A DNA stretch of 64,000 nucleotides, taken from Acidobacteria bacterium UBA6911. GTDB lineage: Bacteria > Acidobacteriota > UBA6911 > RPQK01 > JAJDTT01. The notes beneath the pieces were generated by a model. The model saw only the letters and a list, made by a program, of their open reading frames with translations, was not told the DNA's origin and did no database searches. Location: positions 1,707 to 65,706 of the forward strand of contig CAUZIZ010000006.1 of the NCBI GenBank assembly GCA_963579905.1, given 5' to 3'. Each line of letters starts with the position of its first letter. Position 1 is the stretch's first letter. Of the stretch, positions 45,579-54,892 are shown one piece after another. The position numbers and the translations under genes were made by a program.

Positions 45579-46297
45579 AGTCTCCTCGGTGGAAGCTAGC
45601 CTAAAACTTGAACGATTCGTCGGAACGTCGGCACGTCTGGACGTCGCACGTCTCTTCTCCCGGGAAAGTGCGGCGAACGGTTCCGACGGAAGCTTCGAAT
45701 GGCGAGGTGATCATGAAGAATCGCCAGATGTCAGAGCCGTGCCCTTCAGGGTTCGGCCCCTGATCGGGGGCCGAACCTGGCAGCTCCGCCTTGGAAGTTT
45801 CCTCCTGAATGATCCAGCTGGGGCGGGACTAAGCTGAAACTTCATTTGGTAGGAGATCATCCAAGAGTCGCCAATGACAGAGCCGTGACTGCGAAGGAGC
45901 GGTCCCGGTATACCGGTGCCGGAAACAACCGACCAAACAGACGGTGACCGATCACATCCCCTTTTGCGGCATGTCCCGATCGGTGATCGGGACCGCTCCT
46001 TTGCAGTCACGGCTCCGTCATTGGCGGTAGCGACAATCACGGCAGACGTAACCGAAGTTTCGTTCTCGAATGGGGCAGCACCGCTGGGGCGGGACTGCCC
46101 TGAAACTTGAGCAGTGAGCAGCGCCGCAAACCGGTGAACTAGCAGTATTACGAAACCAAGTCCAACAGAGCCGCGAACGACTTGAGCCGCTGGCAATTTG
46201 AAGCCAGCTTTCGTGGAAAGAGCCGGACGACAGCAAAATCTCTTCCGCTCTACCGGCTGACATTTCCGCCTTCCAGTTTCCCTTCGCCACACTGAAC
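45579..46297. repeat. Mosaic repeat island E: tail fragment, H, complete S element, H, T, and a diverged copy
   Basis: H(-) at 45794-45843, S at 45871-46024, H(-) at 46050-46108, T(-) at 46128-46196. Between convergent genes. Confidence 0.8.
45871..46024. mobile_element. S element: MITE-like ~154-bp unit with ~37-bp terminal inverted repeats and two internal hairpins
   Basis: Left arm CCAATGACAGAGCCGTGACTGCGAAGGAGCGGTCCCGG. Right arm CGGGACCGCTCCTTTGCAGTCACGGCTCCGTCATTGG, 34/36 complementary. Internal hairpins CCGGTATACCGG and GTCCCGATC-GGT-GATCGGGAC. No ORF. Confidence 0.6.
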
Positions 46298-46642
46298 TCA
46301 GCGAATCGCCTCCGACTTTCTCAGGTGATTGCTGCGATCAAGACACCAGTTCGACGGGGATCCTCCGCGCCGTTCTGAACAAATGGGCGTCTCTGGACTT
46401 CCAGGCTTCGTAGACAAGATCCCAGCATGGTCTGCAGTCATCCAGAGGTGGACCAGGAAGGTCAGTTCGTCGTCCAGACTCAACTCACCTTCCATGAAGA
46501 GTTGGAGAAATTCTCGGTCGCAGTGGCGCTCTCGGGCTTTCGTTTGTTCTATCATCGCTTCTGCTGTATCGACTAACGCGCTTCTCCACTGTGTGCGGTC
46601 GATCACGGAATCCCAGGGTTCATCGGGCTGGGCGCGCCCCAC
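46298..46642 (-). CDS. Hypothetical small protein
   Basis: 114-aa ORF next to island E with no recognisable domain. Low confidence. Confidence 0.3.
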   Translation of the reverse strand: MGRAQPDEPWDSVIDRTQWRSALVDTAEAMIEQTKARERHCDREFLQLFMEGELSLDDELTFLVHLWMTADHAGILSTKPGSPETPICSERRGGSPSNWCLDRSNHLRKSEAIR

Positions 46643-46859
46643 AACTCGTAATCACCAGCCTCTTCCTTTTCACCTGTAACCGCCAATTTAGAGTGGTAAG
46701 ATGCTCCGTCTGGGATCTGCGGTCTTTTCTAAGGGTCTGCGCAAGAATAACTTGGTAGAATTGGCGCTCAGATTTGCGCCAGATTTGGCCGCAAACGATT
46801 GAGCGAAACCACAGGCGTAGCCGGGTCTACGTTGAGGATTTCGCGATTGAGGAGCGGCC

Positions 46860-46938
46860 GAAGATGGTGGGAAGATGAGATGCCAAAATACCAAGTTATT
46901 TTTGCGCAGACCCTAAACAGGCGTTAGGAGTTTCAACC
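46860..46938 (+). promoter_or_regulatory. Conserved leader motif (copy 2 of 2) upstream of the NRAMP gene
   Basis: GAAGATGGTGGGAAGATGAGATGCCAAAATACCAAGTTATTTTTGCGCAGACCCTAA. The CCTAA...TTAGG hairpin overlaps the TTAGGAG SD. Confidence 0.45.
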
Positions 46939-48600
46939 ATGACCGAAGGCAGCCACAAAGCCGGAAAAGCTTCAGGTGTAGACGATTCTGCAAACGCATC
47001 TTCAGGCCTTTCAGAGCCCGAGGCTGGCCAGACCGGACAGTTTGAGGCCCCTTACCCTGGCTCCAGGGAGATGCCTCGCTGGGAGACGGGAGAACTGATT
47101 GATGCTCCTCGGTTCACTTGGAGAAATTGGTTCGCGCTATTGGGCCCTGGATTGGTTTTGGGTGGTGGAGCCATCGGAGGTGGAGAGTGGCTGATGGGAC
47201 CAGCCGTGACCGCCAAGTACGGTGGCACTCTGATGTGGCTGGCCACTCTCAGTATCGTCGGTCAGGTCTTCTATAACATCGAGATCAGCCGCTATACGCT
47301 CTACACCGGAGAGCCGATTTTCACCGGCAAGTTCCGTATTCTTCCCGGCCCCAAGTTCTGGGTTTGCGCCTATCTACTCCTGGATTTCGGAGCGGTATTC
47401 CCCTACCTGGCGGCCAATGCGGCCACACCACTCGCATCTGTCCTGCTGGGCGGCGTGATCCCCGACCCAATGAACAACGACATGCACTGGTGGCTGATGC
47501 GGCTCCTCGCCTACCTGATCTTTCTGCTAGCGATGGTGCCCATGGTCGTGGGGGGGAAAATCTACAACTCTCTGAAAGTGCTCATGAGTTTCAAGATCGT
47601 CGTGGTCCTTGGATTTCTCTCGGTTGTTGCGATTTTCCACTCCAGTGCTTCAACCTGGTACGAGATCTTCGGAGGGTTCCTTTGCTTCGGGTCACTCCCT
47701 ACGGGTCCTAGCGAAACCACAAACCTGTTTGTGTCCGTCTTCAACGGACAAGGTGTTCCTGAGATCGACTTCAGCACCATTGCGCTGCTGGCCGCCTTCG
47801 CCGCAATTGCGGGCAGTGGTGGCCTTTCCAATGCTCCCATCAGCAACTACACCCGAGATCAGGGGTGGGGGATGGGGCACCATGTCGGCGCCATTCCAAG
47901 TGTGGTCGGCGGGCGTAACATCTCCCTCTCCCATGTGGGGAAGGTGTTCGAGGTAACCGCAGAGTCTCTTCCCCGGTGGCGCAGGTGGTACCGGCATGTG
48001 GTGCGGGATCAGGTAGCGGTCTGGATGCCAGCTTGCTTCCTGGGGGTTGCGCTGCCGAGCATGCTCTCGGTTGAGTTCCTGCCTCGTGGAACCGAGGCGA
48101 GTAGCTGGGTGGCGGCCGGCATGACCGCGGAGGGTGTGAGGCAGCATGTCGGAGCTGCCTGGGGATCCTCTTCGGGTCACATTTTCTGGTACATGACGAT
48201 GCTCTGTGGCTTCCTGGTCCTGGCCCCGTCGATGGCAACCAGTGCAGATGGAGTTGTTCGACGTTGGGTCGACGTCTTCTGGACATCGAGTGCTCGTCTC
48301 AGAAAGCTGGATCCCGGCAAGATTCGCGGGGTCTACTTCGGTGTGCTCATCTGCTACGCGGTCTTCGGCATGATCGTTCTCTCTATCGCTCCTCCCCTGG
48401 ACCTGTTGAAGATTGCAGCCAACATCTTCAACTACGCTCTTGGTGTCAGTTGTCTTCATACGCTCGTGGTCAACGTGACGCTGCTCCCGCCTGGCTTGAA
48501 GCCAGGCTGGTTCATGCGGATAGGCCTCTTTTGTGGTGGACTCTTCTTCCTCCTGTTGGCGGTCATCACCACACTGAATCTGGTCGGGTTGCTCTCCTGA
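46939..48600 (+). CDS. NRAMP-family divalent metal (Mn/Fe) transporter
   Basis: GPGLVLGGGAIGGGEWLMGP matches the Nramp N-terminal motif. ~11 TM helices. 553 aa. Confidence 0.8.
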   Translation: MTEGSHKAGKASGVDDSANASSGLSEPEAGQTGQFEAPYPGSREMPRWETGELIDAPRFTWRNWFALLGPGLVLGGGAIGGGEWLMGPAVTAKYGGTLMWLATLSIVGQVFYNIEISRYTLYTGEPIFTGKFRILPGPKFWVCAYLLLDFGAVFPYLAANAATPLASVLLGGVIPDPMNNDMHWWLMRLLAYLIFLLAMVPMVVGGKIYNSLKVLMSFKIVVVLGFLSVVAIFHSSASTWYEIFGGFLCFGSLPTGPSETTNLFVSVFNGQGVPEIDFSTIALLAAFAAIAGSGGLSNAPISNYTRDQGWGMGHHVGAIPSVVGGRNISLSHVGKVFEVTAESLPRWRRWYRHVVRDQVAVWMPACFLGVALPSMLSVEFLPRGTEASSWVAAGMTAEGVRQHVGAAWGSSSGHIFWYMTMLCGFLVLAPSMATSADGVVRRWVDVFWTSSARLRKLDPGKIRGVYFGVLICYAVFGMIVLSIAPPLDLLKIAANIFNYALGVSCLHTLVVNVTLLPPGLKPGWFMRIGLFCGGLFFLLLAVITTLNLVGLLS

Positions 48601-48650
48601 AAAGGAGCCTGAGATCTGGCTTTCTGAAAACTTGGCCCAAGGTTTTGGCA

Positions 48651-49646
48651 TTGAACAAACGGCACGCACGGGGAACAAGGAAGCCCAACCGCCGAGAGTT
48701 CGGGGCTGCGATCGCAACGGGATTTTTCGCTGAGTCGATCGGTAGGACTGGAATCAGCGCCGCAAGTCCGGGTTCCAGGATGAATCTTTGCGTTTTCTCG
48801 AAGCACCTGCAGTGGCTCGACTATGAAGAGATGGCAGCAACGGCAGTCGAGCTAGGCTTCGACGGAGTCGATCTGACCGTGCGACCCGGAGGGCATGTCG
48901 AGCCAGACCGGGTCAAAAGGGACCTTCCCCGGGCGATCAAGGCAATTCGAGCTGCCGGTCTGGAGATCCCGATGATCACCACGGCGATTACGGATGCGAC
49001 AAGTCCTGCGTCTGTTGCCGTTCTGGAAGCCGCTGCTCAACAGGGGATCGGTCACTATCGAATGGGGTATTTTCGGTACGAGCCGGCGCAGAGTATTTCC
49101 GAAACCCTGGACCTGGCAAGGAAGAAGTTGGAGAAACTGGAGGTGCTCAACCGACGCCTCGGTATATGCGGTGACTACCAGAACCATGCCGGCAGCCGCT
49201 ATGTTGGAGCCTCGGTGTGGGATCTGCGGGAGCTTCTTGGTGGTCTGGATCCGCGCTGGCTGGGATGCCAATTCGATATTCGACATGCGACTGTCGAGGG
49301 TGGGCTGAGCTGGTCCACGGATTTTAAGGCCGTCACGGCCCGAACGCATACTCTGGTGCTGAAAGATTTCAGGTGGCAGCTGGTTGGGGAAGACTGGAGT
49401 GTTGAGAATTGCCCTATCGGGTCGGGGATGGTTCGCTTCAAAGAGTTTTTCGAGCTTTTGAAGGCGTCAGGGTTTTTGGGACCGGTTTCCCTTCACTTCG
49501 AGTATGCTCTGGGCGGCGCAGATCATGGTGCTCGCCAGCTTGAGTCTGATGCGGAAACAGTGCTCAGGGCGATGCGCGGAGATGTTGCTGCCGTGAGGCA
49601 GCTTCTCACACCAGACTCATCCCCTTTGCGAAACCCATTCGACTGA
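48651..49646 (+). CDS. Tat-signal sugar phosphate isomerase/epimerase (xylose-isomerase-like TIM barrel)
   Basis: TTG start gives ...RREFGAAIATGFFAESIG (Tat). TIM-barrel body. The upstream part of track ORF 48264 overlaps the NRAMP gene and was discarded. Confidence 0.75.
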   Translation: MNKRHARGTRKPNRREFGAAIATGFFAESIGRTGISAASPGSRMNLCVFSKHLQWLDYEEMAATAVELGFDGVDLTVRPGGHVEPDRVKRDLPRAIKAIRAAGLEIPMITTAITDATSPASVAVLEAAAQQGIGHYRMGYFRYEPAQSISETLDLARKKLEKLEVLNRRLGICGDYQNHAGSRYVGASVWDLRELLGGLDPRWLGCQFDIRHATVEGGLSWSTDFKAVTARTHTLVLKDFRWQLVGEDWSVENCPIGSGMVRFKEFFELLKASGFLGPVSLHFEYALGGADHGARQLESDAETVLRAMRGDVAAVRQLLTPDSSPLRNPFD

Positions 49647-49732
49647 AGTACGTGAAATAGGAGTGACGGCCGGGAAAAATATTCCTTTTGGGCTAGCAGT
49701 CACTGCTCCTGAAGGTGTGAAGGAATGAAGAA

Positions 49733-50722
49733 ATGAGTATCGATATCGAAGCAGTTCACAGAAAGATCGAACAGGAAAGTGTGTTCGTTGCAACCCTGAC
49801 TGCAGAAGTTGGAAAGGTCATCGTCGGTCAAGACTACATGGTGCAGCGGCTGCTCATTGGACTCTTGTCGAATGGACATGTTCTTCTGGAGGGAGTTCCG
49901 GGGCTGGCCAAGACGCTCACCGTGCGCACTCTCTCCGAGGCCATCCAGACCCGGTTTCAGCGTATCCAGTTTACCCCTGATCTGCTTCCAGCCGACCTAC
50001 TGGGGACCCTGATCTACGATCAGAAGGAGGGGACCTTCAAGACCAAGAAGGGTCCGATTTTTTCCAACCTGATCCTGGCAGACGAGATCAATCGAGCTCC
50101 TGCCAAGGTGCAGTCTGCACTCCTGGAAGCAATGCAGGAGCGGACCGTTACCCTTGGTGAGACCACCTTCCCTCTAGACGATCCTTTTCTGGTTCTGGCC
50201 ACCCAGAATCCCATTGAGCAAGAGGGTACCTACCCCCTACCCGAGGCCCAGATCGACCGTTTCATGCTCAAGCTCGTGGTGGGATATCCGTCCCAGGAGG
50301 AAGAGTTGGAGATCGTGCGTCGGATGACGGGAGGAGCGACACCTGAGCCCGACGCCGTGGTCAAGCCGGAGGACATCATCAGGGCAAGGAGTACGGTTGA
50401 GGAAGTCTACATCGATCCCAAGGTGCAGCAATACATCATCGATATCGTTTTCGCCACGCGACAACCCAAAGACTACGGCTTGGCGGAGCTAGAAGACCTG
50501 GTCTCCTATGGCGCATCCCCGCGCGCCTCCATCTTTCTGGCTAAGGCGTCCAAGGCACACGCTTTCTTGAAACGCCGCGGCTATGTGACGCCAGAGGACG
50601 TACGAGCCATCGGTCTGGACATCTTGCGACACCGAGTCATCATAACCTACGAAGCCGAGGCGGAAGAAGTGACGTCCGAGGAGGTAGTGCAGAAGGTATT
50701 GGACACGGTCGAAGTGCCGTAG
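49733..50722 (+). CDS. MoxR-family AAA+ ATPase
   Basis: Walker A GVPGLAKT, Walker B LILADEINRAP, MoxR signature. 329 aa. Confidence 0.9.
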   Translation: MSIDIEAVHRKIEQESVFVATLTAEVGKVIVGQDYMVQRLLIGLLSNGHVLLEGVPGLAKTLTVRTLSEAIQTRFQRIQFTPDLLPADLLGTLIYDQKEGTFKTKKGPIFSNLILADEINRAPAKVQSALLEAMQERTVTLGETTFPLDDPFLVLATQNPIEQEGTYPLPEAQIDRFMLKLVVGYPSQEEELEIVRRMTGGATPEPDAVVKPEDIIRARSTVEEVYIDPKVQQYIIDIVFATRQPKDYGLAELEDLVSYGASPRASIFLAKASKAHAFLKRRGYVTPEDVRAIGLDILRHRVIITYEAEAEEVTSEEVVQKVLDTVEVP

Positions 50723-50872
50723 TAATCGAGTAGTGGAGTAGTGAGCAGTGAGCAGTGAGCAGTGAGCAGTAAGCAGTACGCAGTAAGCAGTGATCAGGTC
50801 TGTCGGTGCTCAGATAACAGCCACAGCTTGCAACCCACTGCTCACTTCACTACTCCTCACTGCTCACTGAAG
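50723..50872 (+). repeat. Heptad-arm inverted-repeat element (copy 2) between moxR and the DUF58 gene
   Basis: (AGTGAGC)4-like arm AGTGAGCAGTGAGCAGTGAGCAGTGAGCAGTAAGCAGTACGCAGTAAGCAGTGATCAG. Core GTCTGTCGGTGCTCAGATAACAGCCACAGCTTGCAAC is ~80% identical to the core of copy 1. Arm2 CACTGCTCACTTCACTACTCCTCACTGCTCACTG. Confidence 0.75.
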
Positions 50873-50875
50873 CCC

Positions 50876-51754
50876 ATGATACCCACAGAGATCCTTAAGA
50901 AAGTACGTCGCCTTGAGATCACGACCCGGGGGCTGGTTAATGAGGTCTTCTCGGGTGAGTACCACTCTGTCTTCAAGGGTCGCGGAATGAACTTTTCGGA
51001 AGTGCGGGAGTATCAGTTTGGTGATGACGTCAGGAGTATCGACTGGAATGTCACAGCCCGGATGGGGCATCCCTTCGTCAAGGTGTTCGAGGAGGAAAGA
51101 GAGCTCACGGTAATGTTGCTCGTCGACGCCAGCTCCTCCGGGGAGTTTGGTTCGGGCGAGAGAATGAAGGGCGAAATTGCAGTCGAGATCTGTGCCCTCC
51201 TGGGATTTTCAGCCATTAAGAACAATGACAAGGTCGGGCTTATCATCTTCACCGATCAAGTTGAGAAGTTCGTGCCTCCCCGCAAGGGACGGGCTCACGT
51301 TCTTCGGGTCCTTAGAGAGCTCTTGTACTTCCAGCCAGGACACAAATCGACCGACATCGGAATGGCGCTGGAATACTTGACCCACGTGATTAGACGAAGA
51401 AGCGTGGTTTTTCTTGTCTCTGACTTCTTGTCCAAGAGTTTCGAACGGGCACTTCGAGTCGCCAGCCGCAGGCATGACCTGGTAGCCATTCAAGTCAGTG
51501 ACCCTCGGGAGTTGGAACTTCCCAACGTGGGATACATCGAGTTTGAGGATGCCGAGACGGGTGAGCGCCTCATCATGGATACGAGGGATACCCAAGTGCG
51601 CGAAGACTTCGCCGCCAGGGTACGCGAGGAGCTTGCGAAGCGAGAGAAATTCTTCAAATCGATTGGTGTCGACAGTATCAACATAAGCACCGATCTGCCC
51701 TACGTTCAAACTCTGATCCATTTCTTTCGTCTCAGAGTACGGAGGTTCCGATGA
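50876..51754 (+). CDS. DUF58 (vWA-like) protein, MoxR partner
   Basis: DUF58 sequence VFKGRGMNFSEVREYQFGDDVRSIDWNVTAR. Start set at the ATG after the repeat element. Confidence 0.85.
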   Translation: MIPTEILKKVRRLEITTRGLVNEVFSGEYHSVFKGRGMNFSEVREYQFGDDVRSIDWNVTARMGHPFVKVFEEERELTVMLLVDASSSGEFGSGERMKGEIAVEICALLGFSAIKNNDKVGLIIFTDQVEKFVPPRKGRAHVLRVLRELLYFQPGHKSTDIGMALEYLTHVIRRRSVVFLVSDFLSKSFERALRVASRRHDLVAIQVSDPRELELPNVGYIEFEDAETGERLIMDTRDTQVREDFAARVREELAKREKFFKSIGVDSINISTDLPYVQTLIHFFRLRVRRFR

Positions 51755-52785
51755 AGCCGGGATCTCTACTTCTCCTCTTGAGAGGGGGGCTGTACGGCTT
51801 CTTTCTGGTGTCTACCCTGACTGCTGCTCAGCCAGAGCCGACTGTTTCGGCGAAGGTAGACCGATCGCGAATCACCGTGGGCGACGTGATTCGCTACACC
51901 GTGACCGTGACCACAGACGATGGGATTCAGGTAGACCTTCCCCAGGAAACGGACGAGATCGGAGACTTCGAGGTCAGGAGCTACCAAGCCACGGGACCTG
52001 CCGTAAAGGACGGGAAAAGCGTTTGGACTCTCGAGTACTCGCTTTCCATCTTCTCGACCGGGGAGTTCAAGTTACCTCCCTTCAAATTGACTTACCATAC
52101 TGGGGATGAGACCCAGAAGAGCGAGCTCTTTTCCGAGGCTATTGAACTCGTCGTAGAAAGTGTCAAACCTGCTGATGCAGAGGACATCCTCGACATCAAG
52201 TCGCCGGTTGCCATACCCAGGAGCTGGTGGTCCTTGTGGCCCTGGTTTGCGATAGCCGCTGGATTGATTGTTCTTGGGGTGCTCGGCTTCCTCTGGTACC
52301 GCCGACGAGACACGAGCGAGGAGGCGATCGCTGCTCCGAAGAAGGTGCAGCTCTCGCCCCATGAGGAGGCCTATCGAGCTCTTCGCCAACTACGAGATGC
52401 GGGTTTTCTCGAGCAGCAGATGATCAAGTTGTACTACATCAAGATCTCCGAGATCATACGGCGCTACATCGGGCGTCGGTTCCAGGTTGAGGCGATGGAG
52501 CTCACCTCGACCGAGGTTCTGGCGCGTCTCCGAGGGGAGAAGCTAGAAGCCGATGCCTATCGACTCTTTCAGGAGTTCTTCAGTCTGTGCGACTTGGTCA
52601 AGTTTGCGAAATACAGGCCCTCAGAGGCGCAACACGGACAGGTGATGCAGGGGGCAACCGAGATTGTCGATGTGACGAAGAAATCCGCTGAACCCATTGA
52701 GGAAGAAAAACTTCAGGGGCCCGTGTCGGCCAAGACCGAGCCGAGTGTCCCGGCTGCTAAAGAGTTCACAAGCCAAGTCACGTGA
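51751..52785 (+). CDS. Bat-operon-associated membrane protein (signal + central TM; DUF4381-like)
   Basis: 344 aa. The stop overlaps the BatA start. Confidence 0.7.
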   Translation: MKPGSLLLLLRGGLYGFFLVSTLTAAQPEPTVSAKVDRSRITVGDVIRYTVTVTTDDGIQVDLPQETDEIGDFEVRSYQATGPAVKDGKSVWTLEYSLSIFSTGEFKLPPFKLTYHTGDETQKSELFSEAIELVVESVKPADAEDILDIKSPVAIPRSWWSLWPWFAIAAGLIVLGVLGFLWYRRRDTSEEAIAAPKKVQLSPHEEAYRALRQLRDAGFLEQQMIKLYYIKISEIIRRYIGRRFQVEAMELTSTEVLARLRGEKLEADAYRLFQEFFSLCDLVKFAKYRPSEAQHGQVMQGATEIVDVTKKSAEPIEEEKLQGPVSAKTEPSVPAAKEFTSQVT

Positions 52786-52786
52786 G

Positions 52787-53779
52787 ATGTTCCTTCGATT
52801 TGCTGATCCCCACTATCTCTGGCTTTTCCTCCTGCTTCCGCTGTTGTATCTCTGGTACATCAAGCGGCATGCCCTGGGAGCGCCCGCGGCGCGCTTTCCA
52901 CATATTGGCTCGCTCAAGGCCGTGTACAGGCCTTCGGCAGTACGCGCCAGGCATATTTCATTTGCGCTGCGCCTGCTGGTTCTCGCTGCCCTGATCGTCG
53001 TTTCGGCTCGACCTCAGTCAGGGGCTGCCCAGGAAGAGCTCCTGACGGAGGGCATCGACATAATTCTGGCGCTGGATCTGTCGAGCTCAATGTTGGCTGA
53101 GGATATCGAGCCGAATCGAGTCGAGGCATCCAAGCAGGTAGCCGCCGACTTCATCAAGCAGCGTAAGAACGATCGAATTGGCCTGGTTGTGTTTGCCGCA
53201 CGCGGGTACACCCAGTGTCCGCTGACCCTGGATTATGGCGTGCTCCTCAACTTTCTCGAAGAGATTCGAGTGGGAGTCATCGACGACGGAACCGCTATCG
53301 GCATGGGTGTGGCGGCGGGCGTCAGCCGTTTGCGGGATAGCGAGGCGAAGTCGAAGGTGATGATTCTGTTGACCGATGGACGCAACAATAGGGGCGAGAT
53401 CGATCCCATCACTGCAGCCCAGATGGCTGAGGCTCTGGGAATTCGCATCTACGCGATCGGCGCCGGTGCCAAGGGGGTAGCTCGCTACCCAGTCCAGGAT
53501 CCACTCCTGGGTAAGAGGTACGCTCAGATCCGAGTGGATATCGACGAAGATACCCTGGAAAAGGTTGCCGACCTGACCGGTGGACGTTACTTCAGAGCCA
53601 CCGATAGGCAGAGCCTCGAAGAGACATACGCCGAGATAGATCGGTTGGAGAAGACCGAAATTGAGGTCAAGGAGTACACGCGCTACGGGGAGTTGTTTGG
53701 TTACCCTCTAGTCCTGGCAGCCGTGCTCCTGCTGAGTGAGATCGGACTAGCCAATACGAGGTTTCGAAAGATCCCATAA
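52787..53779 (+). CDS. batA: BatA-like vWA-domain membrane protein
   Basis: N-terminal TM helices, vWA DxSxS (ALDLSSSM) and MIDAS motifs. Confidence 0.85.
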   Translation: MFLRFADPHYLWLFLLLPLLYLWYIKRHALGAPAARFPHIGSLKAVYRPSAVRARHISFALRLLVLAALIVVSARPQSGAAQEELLTEGIDIILALDLSSSMLAEDIEPNRVEASKQVAADFIKQRKNDRIGLVVFAARGYTQCPLTLDYGVLLNFLEEIRVGVIDDGTAIGMGVAAGVSRLRDSEAKSKVMILLTDGRNNRGEIDPITAAQMAEALGIRIYAIGAGAKGVARYPVQDPLLGKRYAQIRVDIDEDTLEKVADLTGGRYFRATDRQSLEETYAEIDRLEKTEIEVKEYTRYGELFGYPLVLAAVLLLSEIGLANTRFRKIP

Positions 53780-53860
53780 TCTCCTTCAATATTTGAGATT
53801 TGGGACTTGTGTGGGAATTGGTGCCTTGGGACTTGGCACCTGGAAAAACAGGGGGACAGG

Positions 53861-54892
53861 TTGCTCCGATTTTCAGAAGTAGAATTCCTCTACCTGCTGG
53901 GCCTGATGCCGATTCTCTTCCTGTTTTTCCTCTGGTCTTTTCGCCAGAAGCGAAGTGCCCTGATGAGGTTCGGCGGCACCAAACTAACGGAAAGATTGAC
54001 GGGGGAAGCCAGCCGGCGCCGGCAGTGGTGGAAAGCGACGCTGCTGCTATTGGGAGTGGCCCTGCTTGTAGCAGCCCTGGCCCGGCCTCAGTTCGGCGCA
54101 AAGGTGGAGACCATCGAGCGTGAAGGACAGGATATTGTGATTGCCCTGGATGTCTCACTCTCAATGCTGGCCCGCGACATCCAACCCAATCGCCTGCAGA
54201 AGGCCAAACACGCAATGAGCTCCCTGATAGACCTGTCAGAGGGGGACCGAATAGGTTTGATCGCCTTCGCTGGGGAGGCCTTTGTTCAGTGTCCGCTGAC
54301 TCTCGACAAGCGCGCTGCCACAATGCTCCTGAACACGATGGGGCCCGACCTGATCCCAGTTCCCGGGACCGCTTTGACGTCTGCGATGCGGAAATCTCTG
54401 ACGCTGTTTCCTGAAAAGGAACAGAAACATAAGGTGCTCATTCTTATGACCGATGGAGAGGGTCACACTGGGGAACCGCTGGAGGCGGCGAAGGAGGCGG
54501 CGGACCAGGGAGTCCGAATCTACACGGTAGGCATCGGATCTACCCAGGGGACCCCTATTCCTCTCCTGGGACCCAAGGAGAGACAGAAGGGATTCAAGAA
54601 GGACGGTGAAGGTGAAGTCGTAATGACCCGGCTGGACGAGATCACTCTCCGGGAGGTCGCCGAACTCACCGGGGGGAAGTACTATCGTGCTTCTCCGGGG
54701 GTGAGCGAACTCGAAGATCTCTATGCTGATATAGCTGGGATGGACAAGAAGACGCTCTCTTCAGTCCAGGTAACTCAGTTCGAAGAACGCTTTCAGATTC
54801 TCGTCCTGATAGCTCTCTTCCTGCTTGTCGTGGAACTCATTCTGGCAGAGAGAAGGAAGGTAAAAGCAGTCTGGCAGGGTAGATTCCAATGA
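53861..54892 (+). CDS. batB: BatB-like vWA-domain membrane protein
   Basis: TTG start after GGGGGA. ALDVSLSM vWA motif. Paralogous to BatA. Confidence 0.8.
   Translation: MLRFSEVEFLYLLGLMPILFLFFLWSFRQKRSALMRFGGTKLTERLTGEASRRRQWWKATLLLLGVALLVAALARPQFGAKVETIEREGQDIVIALDVSLSMLARDIQPNRLQKAKHAMSSLIDLSEGDRIGLIAFAGEAFVQCPLTLDKRAATMLLNTMGPDLIPVPGTALTSAMRKSLTLFPEKEQKHKVLILMTDGEGHTGEPLEAAKEAADQGVRIYTVGIGSTQGTPIPLLGPKERQKGFKKDGEGEVVMTRLDEITLREVAELTGGKYYRASPGVSELEDLYADIAGMDKKTLSSVQVTQFEERFQILVLIALFLLVVELILAERRKVKAVWQGRFQ

Noticed and set aside
48264-48650. N-terminal 129-aa extension of the TIM-barrel ORF (track start 48264) overlapping the NRAMP gene
   Set aside because: The extension overlaps the well-supported NRAMP C-terminus in another frame and is Arg-rich junk. 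The Tat motif RREFGAA follows an internal TTG at 48651, which I take as the start.
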